64,000 bases of DNA from NCBI GenBank assembly GCA_000320545.1, contig ADNK01002059.1:1-64000 (forward strand), read 5' to 3'. Position numbers and translations under genes: made by a program. The DNA is from Bigelowiella natans CCMP2755. Taxonomy: Eukaryota; Protista; Cercozoa. This document shows positions 59,200 to 64,000 of the stretch, piece by piece; positions within the stretch are counted from its first letter, which is position 1; every line of letters begins with the position of its first letter. The notes below the pieces were generated by a model. It was not told the origin of the DNA, made no database searches, and saw nothing but the letters and a program-made list of their open reading frames with translations.

Positions 59200-60176
59200 T
59201 GCAGTCATGCATCATCCTGATGTGTGAACACACGTCGCGTCTGGTCATGGCGGACACAGCGTGGCGCGCACAGGCGCCCATTGTCATCACATTGGCGCCC
59301 ACATTGGCGCCTCTTTGGTTGCATTGGCGCCTGCATTGGCGCTTGTTTGGCGGCCCGTTGGTGAGGGGCGCTTGGGACGTGACCGGTCATCATTGCGACG
59401 AGCGGTTGTCGTTGCGGTCACCATCGTCATTGACATTGCGACAAGCGGTTGTCGCAATGGTCGTTGTCACGATGAGCGGTTGTCGCAATGGTGCGGAGGT
59501 GACAACTTGGTCACCGGAGGCGGTGACAAGTTGGTCACCAAAGGGGGCTGCGACAGGAGGAGCAAGTTTGTTGTCATCATCAACAAACAAGTCAACAGAG
59601 AGGGGACCAAACGGAGGGGATTGCCTCCGTTTGATCGACACAGAGGGAAGCGAACGGAGGGGATTGCCTCCGTTTGATCGACACAGAGGGAAGCGAACGG
59701 AGGGGATTGCCTCCGCATCAAATTGAGTCCAGGAGGCCCGATTGAGAGGGAAGTGAACGGAGGGGATTGCAGTTGGCAAACGGCAATCACACCTCCACAA
59801 TTGAACTGAACGGCGGTGGGCCGAAAGGAAGCAGAGGCAGAGATGCGAAGAGGACGAAGAGCAAGCAACGACCCCAGGGAGGTGTCGGTGCGAGGCAGGG
59901 AGAGGCAAGACAGCGTCGAGAGGGTGTTGCCCAATCGGGTGGTGTTTCAGACGGAGTTCTGGCATTCGCAATTGTTGAGACTGGGCAGGAATCACACCGG
60001 CGACGGCGCCGGTGAATGCTCAGATGATCCTGCATCCTCAGTGTCAATGGGGATTGACACTGGTGCCAATTGTTTGATGTTCAATGGTGTTCATCAAAGG
60101 TTCACATTTTCCGTTGATTGTTCCGACATTGCGCGACGTGTTGCGGGCGCAAGCGCGGCGCAGAGGGACAATTGCA
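59200..60176 (+). repeat. 3' LTR (977 bp, one extra internal repeat unit of about 42 bp)
   Basis: TGCAGTCA...AATTGCA, aligns with the 5' LTR. Confidence 0.92.
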
Positions 60177-60800
60177 ACACGTGCACCCAGAACGTGCACA
60201 TGTTCATGATTGCGTGCGTGTCAAAACACAGATGTTGCATGACACACATGAATTTAGCCACACATGTCTCCGAGAACACACGTGTTTCAGACCCGGTGCG
60301 CTCTGTGGCCTCATCAGTCACAGGGCCACAATAAACACATGTGCACTTGGTTTCTTGCCTACTCTTGTGCCCCACCCACACCCAACAAAATTTTTGAGTG
60401 CACATGCTAGCTAGCTAGCATGGATGGCCATTCACATCAACTCCACGTGCATCAGCAATGAAATGCATGCACATGTGCCATGCTAGCATGCATGCTAGCA
60501 TGGCAGTCTAACAGTGCAGAGTGCACATGTGAACCATGCATGTGCACTCATGCAACATGCTTGTGCCACACAAGACCCAACACAGCAGTGGTGATGGGTG
60601 CCATGCAAGTCAAGAGACACGTGTGCACTTGTGCACATTTGGTCTCTTGCGCCATGAGAGAGGTTGGAAGGAGACAAAGCTGTTTGAATCTTTTCATGCA
60701 CATCGTCATGTCCATATGTTCCTTCATCATGTGGAAATGACATGCAAACTACAGTTTTAATTACTTTGCGCATCAGGACGATTGATTGACAATGATCAGA

Positions 60801-62166
60801 TCATTCTTGTGGCCTCAACCCCTCAAAGGGTGTGAGACCGTGCTTGTTAGTTAGTGAATCATCAGCTCCTTTTGAAGCAAGGTATTTTGCCAAATCTTGA
60901 TGCTCGTTTGCAAACAGATAATGAAGAGGAGTTTGACCATCATTCTGTAAAAATGGCATAATAAACAACTGGTGACTTGTTGTATTAGATGCAGTCGTAA
61001 AAATCATGATTTACGAATAAATTTTGAAACGCTAAGTATGGTTGGGAATAAAAAATTATTTGAAATACGCACGTTTTTTGCATTGATGTTTGCATCGAAG
61101 CGAAGACAATGCTTAATGATTTTCTTGCTTCCAATTTGACAAGCGATGTGCAAGATAGTATTTCCTTTCCCATCTGCTTCATCAGCTTTCATAATCCCAT
61201 TCTTGAACGCATTCTTGATCGTCGATGCTTCATTATTTACAGCTGCTTTGAAAAGGACTTCAATTTGTTTTGCTTTGCCTGTGCTATTATTCTTTTGAAT
61301 CTGAAAAAGAAGAGAAAAGAGATGATTGTTTTTTCCTTTCATGTGAACATATTATGACACAAATATTGCCTTAAAAATGAGATGAATAGTGTGGATGGTC
61401 AGTTCAGACAGGAAAAATCTTGATACTACAGAGATGATAATAATAATAATAATAAATATGTGTGCGATGTTAATATATTGGCAATATCAAAACGTTCCCT
61501 GTCTTTATATTGCTAGAAGTATGATTCTCATATAATATTTGTTCTTATGAAAATCATTATTGGTTCAGAGAAGAGACCATTTCCATCTATTCTCCATCTG
61601 CTTCTAAAATTTATTCCCCTCGATGACATCATTTATGTTATAGAGATGATTTGATATATAACTAACCTTGATTGAAGCATTGATTTTATTTAATTTCATG
61701 TCTTTTTCTTTTGATGTGCTTGATATGTCTGCAGATGCCAACTCATCATTATGACCTTCTTTTTTATCATTATCTTGACCACGTGCGGCTTTATTTTCCT
61801 CTGCAATTAATTCATTCTCACCAGTTTGCTTTGGACGTTGCTGGTGGTGGTGGTGGTCTTTGCCCTCCTTCTTTCTCTTTCCTTTCAAAATTTGCTTTCG
61901 AAGCAAATCGTTAGATATCTTCCTATTTGGGGGTTCAAGTCCCTCGTAGGGCGTGAATCCGTACTTATTAATAATTGTATCCTGTGCCCCATGTTTTTTT
62001 AGCAAAGCAGTGAGATTCCTATTATGCTTATGGCATGAGAAATGCATAGGAGTTTGGCCATCCACCTGCAGCACATAAATACATTCTCGCATCATACACT
62101 CTGTCCACCTACACATAAATACATTCTCACATGCACCCTGTATACATGCAGATAATAAAACCAGTT

Positions 62167-62202
<36 letters not shown>

Positions 62203-63099
62203 ACTTACATAGATAACACAATCTTAAATTGATAGATAAATACATGCATACGATTGTCGTCACCACACACTCATTCATTCATTAGTATGATGAGTATTTG
62301 ATTAAAGACATTATCTCATTCCCTCACACATGTATTAGAAATCATTGTTTTACATACATTTTGGCCATTTATGAAGCAGCCAGCTTTAATGCATATTTTG
62401 GCCGCTTTTGTGTCTCCAAGTTGACATGCAAGATGTAAACAGGAGTTTTTATTTTCATCGGTCATTGAGTTTGGATTATTCGTCGCATCTTGCAGCAATC
62501 GCCTGGCTTCTCCATATCGATTTTCTTTTAAAAATCGGAATAGTTCTTGTTGTCTTAGAGCAGCCCCATCTTTGCTCTCCAAACCTTGCTTCGGAATCAA
62601 CCCATTGTCATTTTTAATGCTATCCTTAGCTCCTTTTTTTATCAAATATTTTGCAAGATCGGTGCTACCATAATGGTAGAGTATGTGAAGTGGGGTGCTT
62701 TTGGTATTCTGTTGTACAAATCAATCAATTGTAGGCATAATGCCAGGAAGAAGAGGAAAGAACACAATATATACTAAGTCAAATATAGAAGAAGAATAGA
62801 TGATAAACTAACACACACTTAAAGCAATGATGATGATTTAAAGTACATCATCAGACATTTTAGATGCTGCTTAAAATACATGTAATGTCACGTACGTTCT
62901 GTGCATTGACGTTTGCGTGGTTTCGAAGACAAGTTTTAACAATCTTTTTATTTCCTAAAATTACAAGATGAAGTTGAACATAGATGATGAATCACGAGAG
63001 AAGTCCATCAATAACAACACGTTAAAATAAAGACAGCGGTCATCCTTTCCTCCCCTTAGTCCTCCTGATCACGATTCCCTTTTGATTTCCTTTATGGTG

Positions 63100-63132
<33 letters not shown>

Positions 63133-63599
63133 TTCCACTACTACTACGACTACCTGTTGTGCATGCAATATGCAAGCATGTATTTCCATCTTTATCCTTA
63201 ATATCTGCAGCTACTTCAGTATATCCGCCAGCTTTGCTGTCTTTTGCGATGACTTCAGTTATTTTACTAGCAAATATCTCAGAAACCTTCTGGAAGTGCA
63301 GCTCCCTGATAGCATTGTGTAGTTCTACCTGCATCCTCTCTGCTTCCGTCAATTTTGTTTTCTCTTCTTTCTTTTCTTCATTTTTGCCACCGTCATCTTG
63401 ATCATCTTCCTTTCTTAACAAGTTAACAACCAATTCGTTGTCTTTTCGCAAAATCATTCTATACATATCCAAGAAGGCCTCAAACGTTTCTGCGCTTGGA
63501 GCTCCGTGCTAATTAATTGATATATCAACCCACGCCGCAATGAAGTGAAATGCTATTGTCACTTCCACATCATTATTTCAATTATATATAAAAAAAAGA

Positions 63600-63633
<34 letters not shown>

Positions 63634-64000
63634 GCCCCTGCACGTATCTTTTCGGATATATTGATTATATGATATAGGGTTATTATACCATTGCATTCAT
63701 CTTTTCGAACATATTGTTCCATTCCTTCATAGACAGCTGGTGATCCTTACAGAGGAGGAGTAGCATCGAGAAGCATTATGAAGAAGAAGAAGAAGAAGAA
63801 GAAGAAGAAGAGAAAGAGGAGGAGGAGGAAGATGATCAAGCACCAGCAAAAATCCAACACGTTGAAATAATATATTGGCGTTTGATTATACACAACAAAC
63901 AGAAGACAATGAAAAACATCATCATCTACTACATACACTACAGCGGTCGGTAAGTACATGAATGATGACTCTTACGCAATGAAAGGATGACGATTATAAA
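60801..64000 (-). CDS. Ankyrin-repeat protein with three tandem modules, multi-exon; 5' end unresolved and possibly beyond the window
   Basis: DKDGNTCLHIAC, DENKNSCLHLAC, DGKGNTILHIAC, DGQTPMHF, DGQTPLHY..KGADDSLTNKHGLTP; stop at 60801. Confidence 0.9.

Larger units (their letters stand above)
52878..60176 (+). mobile_element. Full-length Ty3/Gypsy LTR retrotransposon, hypermutated
   Basis: TG...CA LTRs, 5-bp TSD ACACG (52873-52877 and 60177-60181), PBS-like and PPT sites, gag-PR-RT-RNaseH-IN domain order. Confidence 0.95.
51780..60740. other. TpA-depleted domain 6 (Gypsy element plus flanks)
   Basis: Core essentially TpA-free; flanks 51950-52800 and 60400-60520 retain CTAG. Confidence 0.95.

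Noticed and set aside
52878-60176. CpG methylation/deamination as the cause of the TG/CA excess
   Set aside because: CpG is plentiful, TpA is the missing dinucleotide, and conserved Tyr (not Arg) codons are the source. A minor CpG-decay contribution is not excluded.
52878-60176. Classical fungal RIP
   Set aside because: RIP is C-to-T and raises TpA, AT content and stop codons; the opposite is seen here.
52878-60176. ADAR- or APOBEC-type editing of the retroelement intermediate
   Set aside because: Changes occur on both strands, differ between the LTRs, extend to flanks and non-retro sequence, and spare TAG.

Overview
Intron-rich, microsatellite-rich eukaryotic (protist-like) genomic DNA; the species cannot be identified from sequence alone. 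The window alternates between two sharply bounded sequence states. (1) Normal AT-rich host-gene blocks carry a CHAT-protease/STAND-NTPase/cold-shock-repeat NLR-like gene, a METTL21/22/23-family methyltransferase, a complete Enhancer of zeste (PRC2) gene, NIPSNAP, a BLOC1S5/Muted-like gene, an EF-hand gene, an ankyrin-repeat gene and hypothetical genes. (2) Six domains (about 200-5870, 10630-17830, 28200-30950, 41200-44400, 48200-50170 and 51780-60740) have lost most TpA by conversion to TpG or CpA, while CpG is retained. These domains cover a full-length Ty3/Gypsy element (52878-60176, TSD ACACG, about 2 TpA in 7.3 kb by eye), LINE-like 3' ends, dispersed repeats, a TPR-repeat pseudogene and neighbouring gene remnants. 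Tyr codons in conserved motifs became His or Cys, the two LTRs resolved the same sites independently, and surviving TpA sits mostly in CTAG/CTAC/GTAG. Together these point to a repeat-targeted, both-strand, DNA-level A-to-G hypermutation process, a mirror image of fungal RIP, which is the main candidate for an undescribed system. All counts and alignments were made by eye; no database searches were run.
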